Shown piece by piece: positions 33,700-47,298 of a stretch of DNA of 64,000 bases. Location of the stretch: contig NC_058368.1 in the NCBI RefSeq assembly GCF_018350175.1, positions 238,020,001 through 238,084,000 of the forward strand, read 5' to 3'. The translations under genes and the position numbers were made by a program. The notes below the pieces were generated by a model. The model had not been told where the DNA came from and made no database searches. It worked only from the letters and a program-made list of their open reading frames with translations. Numbering within the stretch: the first letter of the stretch is position 1; each line of letters begins with the position of its first letter. The stretch is from Felis catus. Lineage: Eukaryota.

Positions 33700-36600
33700 G
33701 AAAACCCGTATATCAACTTAAGTTACTTCATCCTGAGGAGAAGAGAACATTCTTGTAGTTATCACACTGTTTCTCTGAGGGTTTAGAATTTGCAGAAATC
33801 ATCCATGTTCCTGTTTGACACAGATAATCAGTAGGACGTTGTTAAAATATATCTTCTAGAGACTTAACTTAGGCTTAGGATGTTAGCCACCAAAAATTAT
33901 GTGCAACGGTATTTTACGAAATATGACATCGTTTTATGTACTTGAAACTAAGAATACGCTGGGTGTTGTATGGAAACCAATTTGACAATACATTTCATGT
34001 TAAAAAAAGAAAAAAATTAAGAATAAATTGTGGAATTTTGTGAATTGTGAAGTCATTGTAAAGAACGTGCCTATGCGCCCCTCACTAGAAGGAACTAGCA
34101 AACGCAGAGCTGAGCTACAGCGGTGAAGGTTCTCAGGCGCGGCCCACGGCAGACCCCGGGCACGGCAGCAGGTGGGGAAGCTGGGACCCGGCAGCTGGAC
34201 GGCACAGGCCGGGCCTTGGAGGCCCAGCACGGACGCACGCGGACCAAGGCAGCAGGCCATCGTGGACACCAGCGGAAGGGAGCGGAGGCCGGGAGTGTAG
34301 GGGGAGGGCGCCTCTGTGGAGAAGGGCTCGGGATGGGGCAAAAGGGGCCGCGGGCGGGGGTGCGGGGCGCCGGGCACCCCCATCTGGGCTGTGCCCTGGC
34401 CCCCCAGGTGGGCAGGGACCCCTGACGACCTGATGGTCTATCTTCCCAGAGGCTGGAAGAAGGGGTCGGGGCTTAAGGGACAACGTCCTCATTATGGCCA
34501 CAGCCTTGGGGGAAAAAGGGAACAATCTAAGCCTGAGGCCATTTAGATAGAGGAGGTCATGACCTCAGACCTTCGGAGGCCGGAAGACCCCGCCCAAGGG
34601 GATGCATCTGAGGCCCAGAAATTTCCAGTTAGCGAGGTGGTCCTTGCTTCCTCTGTTCCGTCCCTTCCGTCTGTGGCCCTCCCCCAGCCCCAGGCTGCAC
34701 GTCCGGGCCCCCGCCCCCCAACACCGCAGCCAGCTCCGCACCCTGGAGAAGCCGTCTAGGGGAAGATCAAGGATCAGCCAGAAACAAGACAAACCTGTGG
34801 GCAAACTCCCCCCCCCCCCCCCCGCAAGCCTCCCCTCTGCCCCGCCTCCGTTGCCCGCATGGACGCAGCCCGGCAATGGGGGAGCAGAGAGGCGAGTTCT
34901 GATCCCCGCGTTGCCTTCACCGGCCAGCGGCCTTCTCCACTGCCTCTCCGGCCCTCGTTCCCCTTTTCTCGAGGGGACGCTGAGGCAGCGACAGGGAGCC
35001 TTCCTCTGACAGGCACACGTCCAGCTGGACGGCCACACGTGGCCAAGGAGCGTGGCCCAAGTGGAATTCACTCGCGCTTTGGTTCACCGACAGTCCCAAA
35101 CCACGAGTGTGTTTGTGTGGATTCCGATTTAACCGGGGGGACCCACGAAAGTGTGCCGCAGGTGGGTGGTGTCTGTTCCCAGCATGTGCGGGAAAGTCGC
35201 GGGGGACTCGGGCCATCCTCACGGCCACGCTGAGCTGGATCACATCTCGGTCCCCCTTCTACAGCCTGAAGAGTGGGGGCAGAGAGGTTGGAAACGCGGC
35301 CGGAGGGCAGCCAAGACCCAGCGGTGACCTCTGCTGCCTCGCTGAAACTAGTGAGCACGTCTCACGCTGAACCGCAAGCCCCTCCCTGTTTCTGGAGGGC
35401 AGTGGGCGCCCAGACTTCAGGAAGACGTGGTGACAAGTCCACACACCACGGGGACGAGCCTCAGTGTCTCGTACCTGCCGATGGCCGGGCCCAGGGTCCA
35501 GTGAGCAGAGCAGGAAGAAGCGATGCCCTCAGCTCCCAACCCTCTCTGGATTTGCCTGTTAGGGCCTGTTTTCTGGAACGTTCCAGAACATACATGTTTG
35601 AGAAAACCAACTTCCTCTCAGGCTAGTGGCTGACATGTGAGTTCCATGTAAGGGGGGAGGGGGGCAAGCAGGGGAGCAGCCGTGGTCAGGCCCCCACGGA
35701 GGGGAACCGGTGCCACAGAGCTCAGGGACCAGAGGTGATAGTGGCTTACCCTGGGGTCGTTACTGATACAAGGATGCGGTGGGGGCACGTACCGCTCTCT
35801 CCGGAAACACCAGAAGGGTTGATTCCCATCAAAGAGTGGACCAACAAAAAAGGGGGGGCTCTCACGTCGCTGTAAGCAAAAATATCCAACTGGAAGCCAT
35901 CAATGCTTATTTATTCAGCAGATATTATTGGCTGAGTGACAGGTTAGGAACTTTGAGGAGAGCGAATGGGCAAGAGCCTGGAGTAGACGTTCAGAAGCAG
36001 GGGTGAGGGGCAGAGGGGACCCACGAGTGCGTCCGGCAAGCAGACGCGGCGTGGAGTGTCCTCACCCCCGTCCTTCCACGCTACAGGCTGCGTGGGCGCT
36101 CGAAGCCACGGCTGCTGCGTGACAGGCCGGGTCCTGGGAGATAAATGGGGTGGTTGTGTCTGCTGACCTCAGGACAGCTCCCGTCTCTGCGGTGCGGCCG
36201 CTCCGGATTTGGGGCCTAACAAGATGACCCCAGGGCATCCAGACGGAGGCCATCAATCATGGGCAGGTAACAGCCAGGAGGCAGCCTCCGGGACTCCCCA
36301 AAGTACGCATGTGGAGGGGGCCAGGCGGCTACGGCTGATGCTGAGCGCGGACTTGGGCGAGGTGTGCGGTCTGCCCATATCCGAAAGAAGGCTTTCTTCT
36401 TGGGCCGCAGCATTTCGTGGGCACCAGAGAGCAGTGTCGACCCCCCGCTGGAGGGGCTGGCTCTGTACCGTCACCCGCGAGATCTGAGAGGATAACATCA
36501 CCTGCCCGGGAAGTGTGCTCACGGGCTCCCACCGGCCTTCCCGGGGGGCACCACCTGGCCACACCGGCCTGGAGTCCAGGGGCCCCACGACTCTGTTCTG

Positions 36601-38044
36601 GGGGTTCCCCAGAGCTGGAAACGTTCACAAAAGCCGCGCCGCGGCAGGGGTGACAACGATGCCTACGGAAACTTTCTAGAAAATAAAGATAGTCGATTGT
36701 TGAGACGGACGGTCACGGCATCACTTTTCCGAGAGAGTTTCTTAAGTTGTTGGAACGCAGAAACGTTCATGAGACGAGATCTCAAGGAGAAAAAGAAACC
36801 TTTCGTCAGAATGGGCTTCCGGGGACTTGGTCCAGCCCCTTCGGTGAGTTTCTGTTCCTCCCCCGGGACGGAGCCGCCACCAGGAGCCCCTCGCGGGGGG
36901 CTGGGCAGGGGGCAGACCTGGCCGCTGGGGATGCGGAGGGCTGGGGGAGCTGGGGGTGCCCGAGGGGCAGACGGAAGAGCTCAGGGCAACGTTTCCAGCC
37001 TTCGCTACATCCAGACCCGGGTTTGACACCTTTATTGACAGAAGTACAAATTCTCCCTGCAGTTGGGAGAAACAAGGGAGAGAGGCTGGGTCCACCATGC
37101 CCGCTTTAGCCAGCTGGGAAATTCGAAGTACACTGTCATTGTTTGGGACTCCCCCAAGTTCTGTTACAGGGTGAGTCCTCACATCCAGAACCATCCATGG
37201 CACGGAACAGCAGCCCCTGAACCCACCGCAAGCTGGGCACCCCCAGGAGGACTGAGGCAAACCCACCGAGTCAGACCCCTGGGAACGTGGCCGCCACCTG
37301 CATTGGGTGTGGCAGTGACACACGGGCAGGGGGCAGGCAGGTACGTCAGGCACCACCTTGTCAGCAACGCTGAGTCAGGTCCCACAGCAGGCTCGACACC
37401 CCGCGTCCCGAGCCACCTGCCCGCGTCCCGGGAGTCGGCCTCGTGTGGGGCCCGGCCACACTTCCTCACGTCCCGTGTCAGGGCAGGGGTGAGCCCATGG
37501 CACCCACCTTCCACGGAAAGCCTGAACTCAGGTCCGCTCTCCATAAATCGACCCCTCGTTCCACAAAGCGAGACCCTTAGCGCTTGGCATCCAGGGTCTG
37601 GGCCGCTGCATCCTGAAGATGACAGTGACAACAACAGAAAGAAATAGAAGCATGAGATGGTCCCGGGCCCTGTCCCTTCTGCTGTGTGCTTGGAGAAAGT
37701 CTGCAGTCTTGGCAATTATTAGCGCTCCTAACGGGAATACCTTCCTCAGTCGGGGGTCCCCCCTTTCAGGGCTTCAGAACCGAGGAAAGATCACTCACTC
37801 ACAGAGAAGTGAGAACAAGGTGGTCGGTGGCTTCTGATCACTTGATGTGTCTTGGAAGGAAAATAGAAAGAAACGTGTGGCAAATTCTTTCGTGGCCTCT
37901 TCAAGTTCCGAGGTACAGAGAGAACAGCACGAAAACAATCCCTTGCCCACGATGAGCGCCAGAGAAGGTCTCCGACCCGGTGCTGCTGGAGCTGGGTCAC
38001 CCCCACCCCGCACCACTGGGGGGAGGGACCACCAGAGCCCGTGA

Positions 38045-39680
38045 TCTCGTTACTAATTCAAACTGTACCGGAGTTACAATTTATGGAGGCATAGTTCGCA
38101 TGCGACAAATGTCCCCGATTTTAGGTGTGACACTTGTGCACCCACTACGTGGCAGGGACACAACCCTCCCCCACCCCGAACTTCCCTTGAGCCCCTCGCA
38201 GTCTGCTCCCCTCCCCCAGCCCAAGGAAGCCGCCGCTGGTCACGGTCCGCACATAACGCTGCGTTTTCTGGACTTGCATACGTGACCTTCTGTGGCCGGC
38301 TTCACTCGACGTAACGATTTTGAGATTAATCCACTCCCCTGCCTGTATTACAGTCCATTCCTATTTATTGCTAAGTTGCATTTCACTGCACGTCTCCACC
38401 GCATTGTGTTTATTTCTCTCCTGAACATTGGACTTGTTTCCGGGTTTTGATTATCACAACTAAAGTTTTTAGGAAGATTCACGCATCAGGCTCTGTGAGG
38501 ACCTGCGTTTTGGTCGCCTTTAGGGACGTCTGTACGATAGAATTACTACACCATCTGGTGAGAGTACGCTTAGCCACGGACGGAGCCACTAAACCATTCT
38601 GACAGCAGTTGGATCACCTCTGGCCACACCAGCGACACGTGGATGGTGGCTGTCCTGGGCCCTCACGGCCACGTGTGTTCCAGGGACTTTCACGTGGGAC
38701 ACTTTCTTGGATGTCCGGTTCCTGCTTCAATTTACATTCCTCAAAGACTGATGATCTTATCCTGTGTGCACAGTTGGCCATTCATACATCTTTTGTAAAA
38801 TGCTTTGGCAAATATGTGTCCATTTTCCCGGGTCCTGTTTTCGTCATCTTCTTGAGTTGTAAGAATCTCTAGTTGACGTCCATCGTGTCAGAGCACACGT
38901 GCTGTGCGGCTCAATCCTCCCGCACTTCCTGAGACCCGTTTCGTGGCCCAGCGTGTGGTCTCTCACGGCGAGTGCCCCGCCACAACACATATCCCACGGG
39001 GGCCAGGAGGAGGGTCCCGTGTGTCAGGTGGGTGGGGCCTGCTAATACTCCTGTTCAGGTGGTCCACGTCCCTATTGATTTCCTGTCCACGTGGTCCACT
39101 AATCGCTGAGAAAAGAACGTCAGAATTCCCGCGAATAAATGTGGGCTTGTCTGTTTCTCCCTCAAGTCCGTCATTTTGGAGCTTCTGTATTGCGGACCTC
39201 TGTCGCGAAGTGTGCACACGTTGAGGGCTGTCCTGTCCTCCTAGTGGGCCGACCCCTTTATTATTATGTGGTGCCCTCTCCTCGTCCTTACCTTGTTCTG
39301 GAGTTTAATTTGTTGTGTTACTATCGCCACATGACCTGCCTTAAAATTCATATTTCCAGGGGCACCTGGGGGCTCAGTCAGTTAAGCGTCATGATCTCAC
39401 GGTCTGTGAGTTCGAGCCCCGCGTCCCGCTCTGTGCCGACGGCTCAGAGCTTGGAGCGATTCTGTGTCTCCCGCTCTCTGCCCCTCCCTGCTCGTGCTGT
39501 GTCTCACTCTCTCTCAAAAATAAACATTTAAAAAAATTAAATGAAACAAACTTTTTTAAGTTAATGCTTTCATGCTTTGTGTATCTTTTTATGGGTGTGT
39601 TTGCAACTTATCAGTGCCTTTATATTTAAAACAATGTGCTTCCAGCAGACACCATAGTTAAATCTTGCTTTTTATCTGGG
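38045..39680 (-). mobile_element. Old L1M fragments (3' end plus an ORF2 piece), GC-shifted, with a nested SINE
   Basis: tccattcctatttattgctaag, ttggccattcatacatcttttgtaaaatg and tgtgggcttgtctgtttctccc motifs. Confidence 0.7.
39359..39540 (+). mobile_element. SINEC_Fc-type Can-SINE with internal deletions
   Basis: Head, B box and tail present; gttaagcgtc joins directly to atgatc. Confidence 0.92.
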
Positions 39681-41509
39681 GCAATAATCTTTCCTGGGAA
39701 GGGGCACTGGGGGGCGGGGGGGGTCCCCTGCTGGGGGACTGAGTGCAGGAGGGAGGAGCCCCTCCCAGGGGCCAGCCCAGGGTCACGGGAGCCTCACTCT
39801 GCCGCCCATGTCCCCACGCCAGGGTATCAGCACAGCCGTCACCAAAGGCAAGGTGCAGAAGCCTCTCTTGTGCTTCTATTTTTTCTTTCCTCTGAATTAT
39901 TCTGTTGTGCTTTTGTAGGAAGAGGGGGGGAAAAAATAGAAGAAAGAAGAAATGAGCCCTCTCTGGACAACCTTTAAAACTCGTCTGGAAAGAGCCAACC
40001 TGTGTTCATCTCCAAAGTCTACCGAACCTGGATGTGTGTGAGGTCACTGGGCTGCCAGACCAAAGAGGCAGAACAGACCTGCTCCCGACAGAAGCCTAGT
40101 GGACGCCACGGAGAGAACGCGAGGCCGACGTGTGCAGGCACCTGCGTGCAGAGACCCTCCCTCGCTGCCCCGGCAAGGAGTCCCAGCCTGGCTGACCCAC
40201 GTCATCCAGAGCAGGGCTGGCCAGCAAGGGCCACAACCACCCGCCCCCCCCCCCCCCGCCCCTGAGCAGGGCCCTGGAATCTCTTATAGACCTGGCAGTC
40301 TAGGAGGTCTCTGGGCTTAGCTGGAGACGGGCCGCGAGTCCCACAATCCTTCTCCGGCTGCCTCGGCGAGGACCCCGCGCTGGGCGGCAGGCTTCGGCCC
40401 GTCTCCCCCAGCTGCTTGGCATAAGCAGAAAAATTCATTAAACTGCAAATTCCAGACAACCGATTTTCCTTTTGAAAAAGGAGAACGCGATAATTAAAAA
40501 TAACCTGTCCGAGTGGAAGAGATTTCCACCTGGATAAAAAAAGAAAGTAGTCCTCCTTAAGTCATGATTATGTTCACAGTTGGCTTTCTCTGCCTGCACA
40601 CGTCCTCTGGTGCTGATGTTGTCAACTTGCCCGTTAAAACCTTGTCCGGACAGGCAAGACACGTGCTCCGCGGTGCACAAAGCAGAGTCCTGCCCCACGC
40701 GCTAGAGAAGACAGACCAAAGACACCGGCGCCGAACGCAGCAGTGGCAGCCATTCGGAGGCCGCGCAAGGCTCCCCAGAGGCCGGGTCCGTGTGCGCGCC
40801 CCTACCCGGAGTGCCCCAGACGGGACTGGGAAGGATGCCCCCGGCTGAGCGGGCGGGAGCTCACGCCTGCCCGGGGGCCACTCACAGCGCTGCCGCTCCG
40901 CTTCCGGATGAGGCCGGCGCGGTACCCACGTCGACGGACGTTCAACCAGAGCGAGACGGACGGACGCCCCGCTGCCCCCGCTCCCGGCCCCAGGACGAGC
41001 CGACAGGCGGCTTCTCCTCCTTTCCAGAAAGGCTCCTTCCAGAGCGCTCAGAGTGTCTGGAGGAGTATGCACAGTCCGACGGCCAAGCGTGTGCCAGAGG
41101 AACGGCATGAAAGTCAGTGACGGCCAGAGACAAGGAAGGCTTCCCTCTGCGAGACCCCGGAACGCATATGGCGAGACGGGAGTCTACACGTTTTCTTCCA
41201 CGTGCTTTTCGTTTTCTTTCGTTTTCACTTCACGATGTGTCCTAACCAGAGTTTTCAACGCCAACTTGTTACAGTTTTCCAGGCACCAAAACAAAGCTGA
41301 GCTGGGGGAACGAAGGGCTGTGAGTGGCATCCAGACGAATCCCCATGCATCTTTCCAACTGTTCGACTGCTTTGTGTTCAGATTAGAGCTCCCGTCCTGT
41401 TGTCACAGACTGAATTATAGTAGAGAGAGATCACTGTAAGGACATTATGGTAGAGAGGTTACAGCGGAGAGATCACAGTAGAGACGCTACGGTAGAGATT
41501 CGCTTCCAA

Positions 41510-41640
41510 GTCTGACTGGCTTTGATTCCTCCTAGAAGTGGGGTCATGCGGCATTTGTGTTTCTGTGTCTGGCTTGTTTCGCTCAACATCATGTCCTCCA
41601 GGTTCATCGATGTTGTCACAAATATTATTAACATTACTAA
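41510..41640 (-). mobile_element. L1M 3' fragment
   Basis: tttgtgtttctgtgtctggcttgtttcgctcaacatcatgtcctccaggttcatcgatgttgtcacaaat. Confidence 0.8.
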
Positions 41641-42029
41641 CTTTTTCTCCGTTTTGGTGAGGCAGGCACAATTGGTTGGTTCCATCGACGGCTCTTCCCT
41701 CTGCCTTCCCTGCCCCATTAAAGAGAAAACTTGGAAGACCCAACCCTTCTTTGCAGCTACACTTTTCCATGACCCTAGTTCCAGCTCAGCAATGGCGGAG
41801 GAATGCCCCTGGGGCTTTCCAGATGCCCCACTGCTTCTTAGAAAAGGGACAGGCCCCGCCCCCGGGCCCTTCCCTTCCCCCGGCCTTCCCCTTGAGCTTG
41901 GAGATGAGTCCGGTGGCTTCGGCCACTGTCTACTGGCCATGAGTCCACCAGCCTAAGAATGAAACCCAAGGAAGGGTTTGTATAACTTGGGAACAAATCA
42001 TCTTGAACCCCAGGGGGCACATAATTGCT

Positions 42030-42155
42030 GTCTTATCTAAGACCCCAAATAAGAACCTTCCAATCTAGCCAGTGACCCACAGAATGTGGGACATAATAAC
42101 AGTTGACATTTTAGGCAACTAAGTTTTAGGGTGATTTGTCACAAAGTCATGCATG
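42030..42155 (+). mobile_element. MLT1-family LTR 3' fragment
   Basis: acccacagaatgtgggacataataa...ttttaggcaactaagttttagggtgatttgtcac. Confidence 0.6.
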
Positions 42156-43662
42156 AGAGGAGGAGGCCTTGTCATTTGGGGGCCATTTCGTACTTTCTGG
42201 AAAACAAGGTGCCCTGGGCTTTCCTGGCCTCTGCCTGGGTCAGTCTGTTCTTCAAGCTCCCTGTTTCTTTTCGGGGCAGAAACTTGATCGAAAATGGAGA
42301 CCTGGCACCTGGTGGCAGGAGCGTTCGTGCCACAGATGGGTCACCACCTTCACACCCTCTGAGCAGACCAAGCCAGGAAACAAACAAGACGGACACAGGA
42401 ACAGGTACATCAATACATATCTACCTCCATTTCTCCAACCGTAAAAACAAAATCATGAGTCGACTGATGATGCCTCTAATTCCTGTCTGAAAACATAGGA
42501 CACGTTCCAGTGTTTTCCTTCTTGTTAATTGTGGCTCCTTTCCCCAACAGAGAAACACTGGCCTCTGTGATCCTCAAGATGGCTGTTCATTTGCTGGGGC
42601 CTGGAATACTCACAAAAAATAGTTTCAGGTACGTTAACCCATAAAAGTGATAAAAGCAAGGCTGTGCCCAGAGTTCAATATTTGCAGGCTTTCTTTGTTT
42701 TTACTTACAATTTACATACAGGGAAATGCACAAACCCTAAGTGTATAACCTGATGGAGTCTGACAGCTGCACGCACCCATGAAGCCATAACAATATCGAC
42801 CATTCCCAGCATCTCCAAAAATTCCCTTCTGTGCCCCACAGTCACCCCTCCTCCTCCACAAAGCCAACTCCTCTGATCTTTGTGTAATGGACTCGTGGCT
42901 GTGCCCTCGGTGTCTGTCAGCTTCGCCCAAGCCACCGCTGGAGGAACAGCTTGCCCCCTCGCTGACGATTTGTGATTCTGCGGCACGGATGCACACAATC
43001 GGGGTCTGTCCCCCGTTCTCCTTGTGAACATCTGGGTTGTTTCCAGCCGGAGGCTGTGATGAATCGAGCTGCTGCGAACTCTGTGTGAGTCCTTTGCCCA
43101 GATAAATGTTTCCTTCTTGTGGGCGCATACCTCGTGGTTGTTGCTGAATCGCAGGTGGTGGTACGGTGAGTTTTAGTAGAAATGACCCAGCCGCCTCCAG
43201 AAGCTGCAAGGTTGATGCCCCCTCATAAACTGTCATGATGAACATCGCTGCGCGGGGCCATCGGCCAGCGGATGGGCCTCAAGTGTCATTTCGAGTAGTT
43301 TATTTTATTAGGTTGTTTGCTTTCTATTGTCATGCTGTGGAACTTCCTCACATGTTAGATACTGGCCTCTTATCAGATGTACGTCCTGCAGGAATTTTCT
43401 CCAGGTTCTGCCTTACCGATTGATTCTGTTCACGATGTGTTTTGATGAGCTAGGTTTTTTTTTTTTTTTTTGATGTACTGTAACTTTGCATAATTTTTGA
43501 CCGTTTATTATTTTGGTGTCTTTTCTATTAAATTTTTGTGTACATTCGTGTCATGAAGATAGTCTCTTAAGATTACCTCTGGAAATTATATAGCTTCTAA
43601 GTTTAGATCTATGCTCAATCTCAATTGAGTACGATGAGAAGTAGAATTCAAGTTTCATTTTT

Positions 43663-43876
43663 TGTCGTTGTTTACTTTGAGAGAGAGAGAGAGAGAGAGA
43701 GAGCGCATATGAGTGGGGGAAGGGCAGAGAGAGAGAGGGAGAGAGAGAATCCCAAGCAGGCTCCGTGCTGTCAGTGTAGAGCCCAAAGGGGAGCTCAGAC
43801 CCATGAACCGTGAGATCATGACCTGAGCCGAAACCAAGAGTCAGACACTCACCCCACTGAGCCTCCCAGGTGCCCC
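43663..43876 (-). mobile_element. Can-SINE
   Basis: Reverse body; TSD tcaagtttcattttt at 43648-43662 and 43877-43891. Confidence 0.95.
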
Positions 43877-44228
43877 TCAAGTTTCATTTTTACCCAAGCA
43901 GATATCCCTTTAGCTCGACACCACTGACTTCCTTCAGCATCTTTGTCAAGAAATAAGCTGGCTCTGAATGTGTCTCCTCTGGCCTCACTATTCTGTTGAC
44001 TGCTTTGTTTTTCCATCCTTGTGCTAAGGCCACACGTGCCGATGGCTGTGTCCTTGCACACTTACAATCAAGTAGTAAAAGCCGTGCTGGGGCCAGACGC
44101 TGCCACCTTGTTCCAGCTCAAGAGTGGCGACGCGTCTAGAATCACCTTAATTATGATGTGTGATTATGTTCTAGATGCCCCTCACCAGACCTAGGAAGTT
44201 CCTTCTCTTCCTAGCTTGCTGGCTGTTT

Positions 44229-44440
44229 TTAATTTTTTTTTAATGTTTATTTATTCACATGAGAGAAAGACAGAGCACAAGCAGGGGAGGGGCAGAGAGA
44301 GAGGGAGACACAGAATCCGAAGCAGGCTCCAGGCTCTGAGTTGTCAGCACAGAGCCCGACGCGGGGCTCCAACTCGTGAACTGCGAGATCATGACCTGAG
44401 CAAAGTCGGATGCTTAGCCGACTGAGCCCCCCAGGCTCTC
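44229..44440 (-). mobile_element. SINEC_Fc-type Can-SINE
   Basis: Reverse body; TSD gct(t/c)gctggctgttt at 44214-44228 and 44442-44456. Confidence 0.95.
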
Positions 44441-44639
44441 TGCTCGCTGGCTGTTTATAATGGAAATAGGTGCTGAACTTCTGCATCCATCGAGAAGATC
44501 ATATTTCCCATGCCCTTTATTCTGTTAAGAAGGTGAATCATATGAATTGGTTTTCAACTGAAAACCAACCTCGCGTTATTGGGTTAAACCTCACTGGTCA
44601 TGTTACATCATGTTTTCCATAAATTGCTCAAGAGAACTC

Positions 44640-44890
44640 TCTTTGAAAAATTGAACTGAATAAAAACAAAAACGCAAATGACCAAACTTCACGGAGAACA
44701 CTTGCAGCCGATAACGCGTCTACCGGGAGAGGAGAAACGTCTCAGATCAGCACGTGAGCTCCCACTTCCACAGTCTGGGGACAGGAATGTGGAACAAGCC
44801 CAAAGGAAAAAGCAGGAAGGAAGTCACGAACAGTAGAAACCAACGAAAGTGAAAACAGAAGAAAAACAGAGAAAACTCAAGAAGCAACGT
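44640..44890 (+). mobile_element. L1 ORF2 fragment in sense orientation
   Basis: ttgaactgaataaaaacaaaaac...tctcagatcagcacgtgagctcccac...gaaaacagaagaaaaacagagaaaactcaagaa matches the region just downstream of the endonuclease domain. Confidence 0.7.
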
Positions 44891-45039
44891 GTTGAAGGTC
44901 ACACAGCCTTTCCTTCATGAAGACAGCAGGAACAGAGAGCCAACCTCGTGTACAAAACAATGCTGGTCCACTGTCTCCTGAGCCCCTTTTCTGGATCTGA
45001 ATTCAGTTTTCATGGACCCCATCATTCTCCTGAGGGTCC

Positions 45040-45510
45040 CGTATTATAGCACCTGCCCCAAAGATGTCCATGTGCCCGGACTTTGGGTCTTACGCTACAT
45101 GGCACGTGGGAATGAGGTCTGCAGGTGGATTTAGGTTGCTACTCAGCTCACCTTAAAATCGTGCAAATACCCTGTGCCTTCTGGGTCAGCTTCATCTAAC
45201 CCCGCCACGTGAGTCTCCAAGAGCAGAGAGGCAGTCAGAGCCGACAGGGAAGGAGGAAGTCCCAGTAGGAAAGCGTCTAAAGTTGCGGACCAGTGTCCTG
45301 AGCCACGGAAGGCAGGCGGGCCTCCGGGGGTTGCAACGGTCCCCATTTGACAGCCAGCAAGGACGGGGGGGACCCAGTCCCGCCCCGCCCCAGGGACTAG
45401 ATTCTGCCAATACCTCAAATGAGCAGGAACTCAGATGCCCCCAGAGCCCCAGAGAGGAACACAGGTGGCTTCATAAGCCTTGGTGAAACTGAAACGTGAG
45501 CAAACATGCA
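45040..45510 (+). mobile_element. MaLR LTR (MLT1D/E-like)
   Basis: ccccaaagatgtccatgt, gcaggtggatttaggttgctactcagctcaccttaa and gattctgccaatacctcaaatgagc. Confidence 0.75.
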
Positions 45511-45881
45511 CGGCATCAGAGCCTCGACTTTCCCTAAGGGAAGTGGGCTCTCGCAGGGAGGAGACGGGTGTCAGCAGGACGCCCAAGGAGTGGGGAGCAC
45601 AGGTGAGGAGCAGTGGACTGTGTCCCGACGGGTCGAGGGGCAGCAGATTCTGCACAGCACGGCCCTTCCCACGGCGGCACACATCAGGGAGGGTTGTGCC
45701 CAGACCGGCACGCTGGGTCCTTTCATCTCGGCTTCAAATAAGGGGGAGATAGAGGAGATTGGGGAAGACAGAAGAAAAACCGGGTGCAGAAGAAACCTTC
45801 TCTAATTGATCACCCGTGAATGATAAGAGGAAAGAAACGCAGCTGTTAAAACGCGAATATTCTCTACTAGGAACTTCAGTG

Positions 45882-46077
45882 TTTTTGATGTTTATTTATT
45901 TTTGAGAGGGGGCATGAGCGGGAGAAGGGCCAGAAAGAGGGAGACGAGGATACGAAGCAGGCTCCACGCGGTGAGCGCAGAGCCCAAAATGGGGCTCAAA
46001 CCCAGGAACCGTGAGATCACGATCTGAGCTGAAATCAAGAGTCGGCCGATTAACAAACTGACTCACCCAGGCGCCCC
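45882..46077 (-). mobile_element. Can-SINE (diverged)
   Basis: tttatttatttttgagag...gaagcaggctcc...gagctgaaatcaagagtcgg...cacccaggcgcccc. Confidence 0.92.
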
Positions 46078-47084
46078 TCTGCTGGGTTTATTTAAAGTAG
46101 AATTTCACTGGATACGTGTTTGGAAGGATAAACCTTTGTCCTGACCCCACCACGCCCTTTGCTCGTTCATTCATCTTAGGCCGCTGGGCCATTTGCACTT
46201 AATTCCCGGGGGACGCACATGCGCTAGAAGAGACGACCATTTGGGTCACATTTCTGTCCAACCTCTTTCTTCTAACCTCCTACAGGATGGTGAAGAACCT
46301 CTTCCTGGACACCAGAAAAGCTGTTCCACCCCTTCTCCCGCCCACCCACCCCCCCCCCCCAACCTGCCGGAACGTGTGGCTGATAAAGTCAGGAGCCCGC
46401 TGACACTCACGCCCTCCCCAGGGGCCGGCAGCCCAGGGCCCACAGAGCCCACCAAGTGCCACCGAGCCCCGCTGGTGTACTGTCTTCTGCGACGCACGTC
46501 CTGCTCCCTGGCACGTGCGTCAGCTCTGTCCTTACAGCGTCCCAAGCTGGGGGACAAATTGCACAGCCTGCGCTCGTAAACAGGGCGTCTTTTCTTTCCA
46601 AAGACGGCCGAGCACGTAGAACACCATTTGACGGACGGGCCAGCAGGGGAGACGGGGAGGGCGACCCGAAAGCCGTCTCCGTGGAGGCAAATTATTTTGA
46701 CGTGCGAAATGTTTCGTGAAACCTAAAGCAAATTAGAGGAATTCGTGAAAATGTTTTTCAAAGTTAAAACAAACTACATATGGGTAGAAAGGGAGAAGTC
46801 GGTGTCCCCACTGCGGTTCCCTACCCGCCCTCGTCACAAGGAACCGCGGTCACCGTCGGGCCGGGGCTTGCGTGCACCTGTCAGACGCGGCAGAGATAGC
46901 GAGCAGGCGGCTGCAGGACCGGCCACGTCCTTCCCAGAGCCACCCCCGTGCATTTGTCACCGCGGCCCGGAAGCATGTCTCGGCCTCTTGTGCAGGGCTG
47001 CGCACAGATACGTCGCCACTGGAGGGTGGCCTCTGTGCAGAGAACATGGGTACACTTACGTGGCTTAAAGAATATTTAATTCCT

Positions 47085-47298
47085 GGGGCGCCTGGGTGGC
47101 GCAGTCGGTTAAGCGTCCGACTTCAGCCAGGTCACGATCTCGCGGTCCGCGAGTTCGAGCCCCGCATCAGGCTCTGGGCTGATGGCTCAGAGCCTGGGGC
47201 CTGTTTCTGATTCTGTGTCTCCCTCTCTCTCTGCCCCTCCCCCGTTCATGCTCTGTCTCTCTCTGTCCCAAAAATAAATAAACGTTGAAAAAAAAAAA
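47085..47298 (+). mobile_element. Very young SINEC_Fc Can-SINE
   Basis: Consensus-like CpG-rich body, pure A tail and a perfect 20-bp TSD ttaaagaatatttaattcct at 47065-47084 and 47299-47318. Confidence 0.97.

Larger units (their letters stand above)
42695..44630 (-). mobile_element. Old L1M (3' end into ORF2), with two nested SINEs
   Basis: aatttacatacagggaaatgcacaaaccctaagtgtata, aggaagttccttctcttcctagcttgct and aaccaacctcgcgttattgggttaaacctcactggtcatg. Confidence 0.8.

Noticed and set aside
36780..36850. Donor-like ttcg|gtgagt after a purine-rich stretch
   Set aside because: No convincing upstream acceptor; isolated donor matches are expected by chance in 64 kb.
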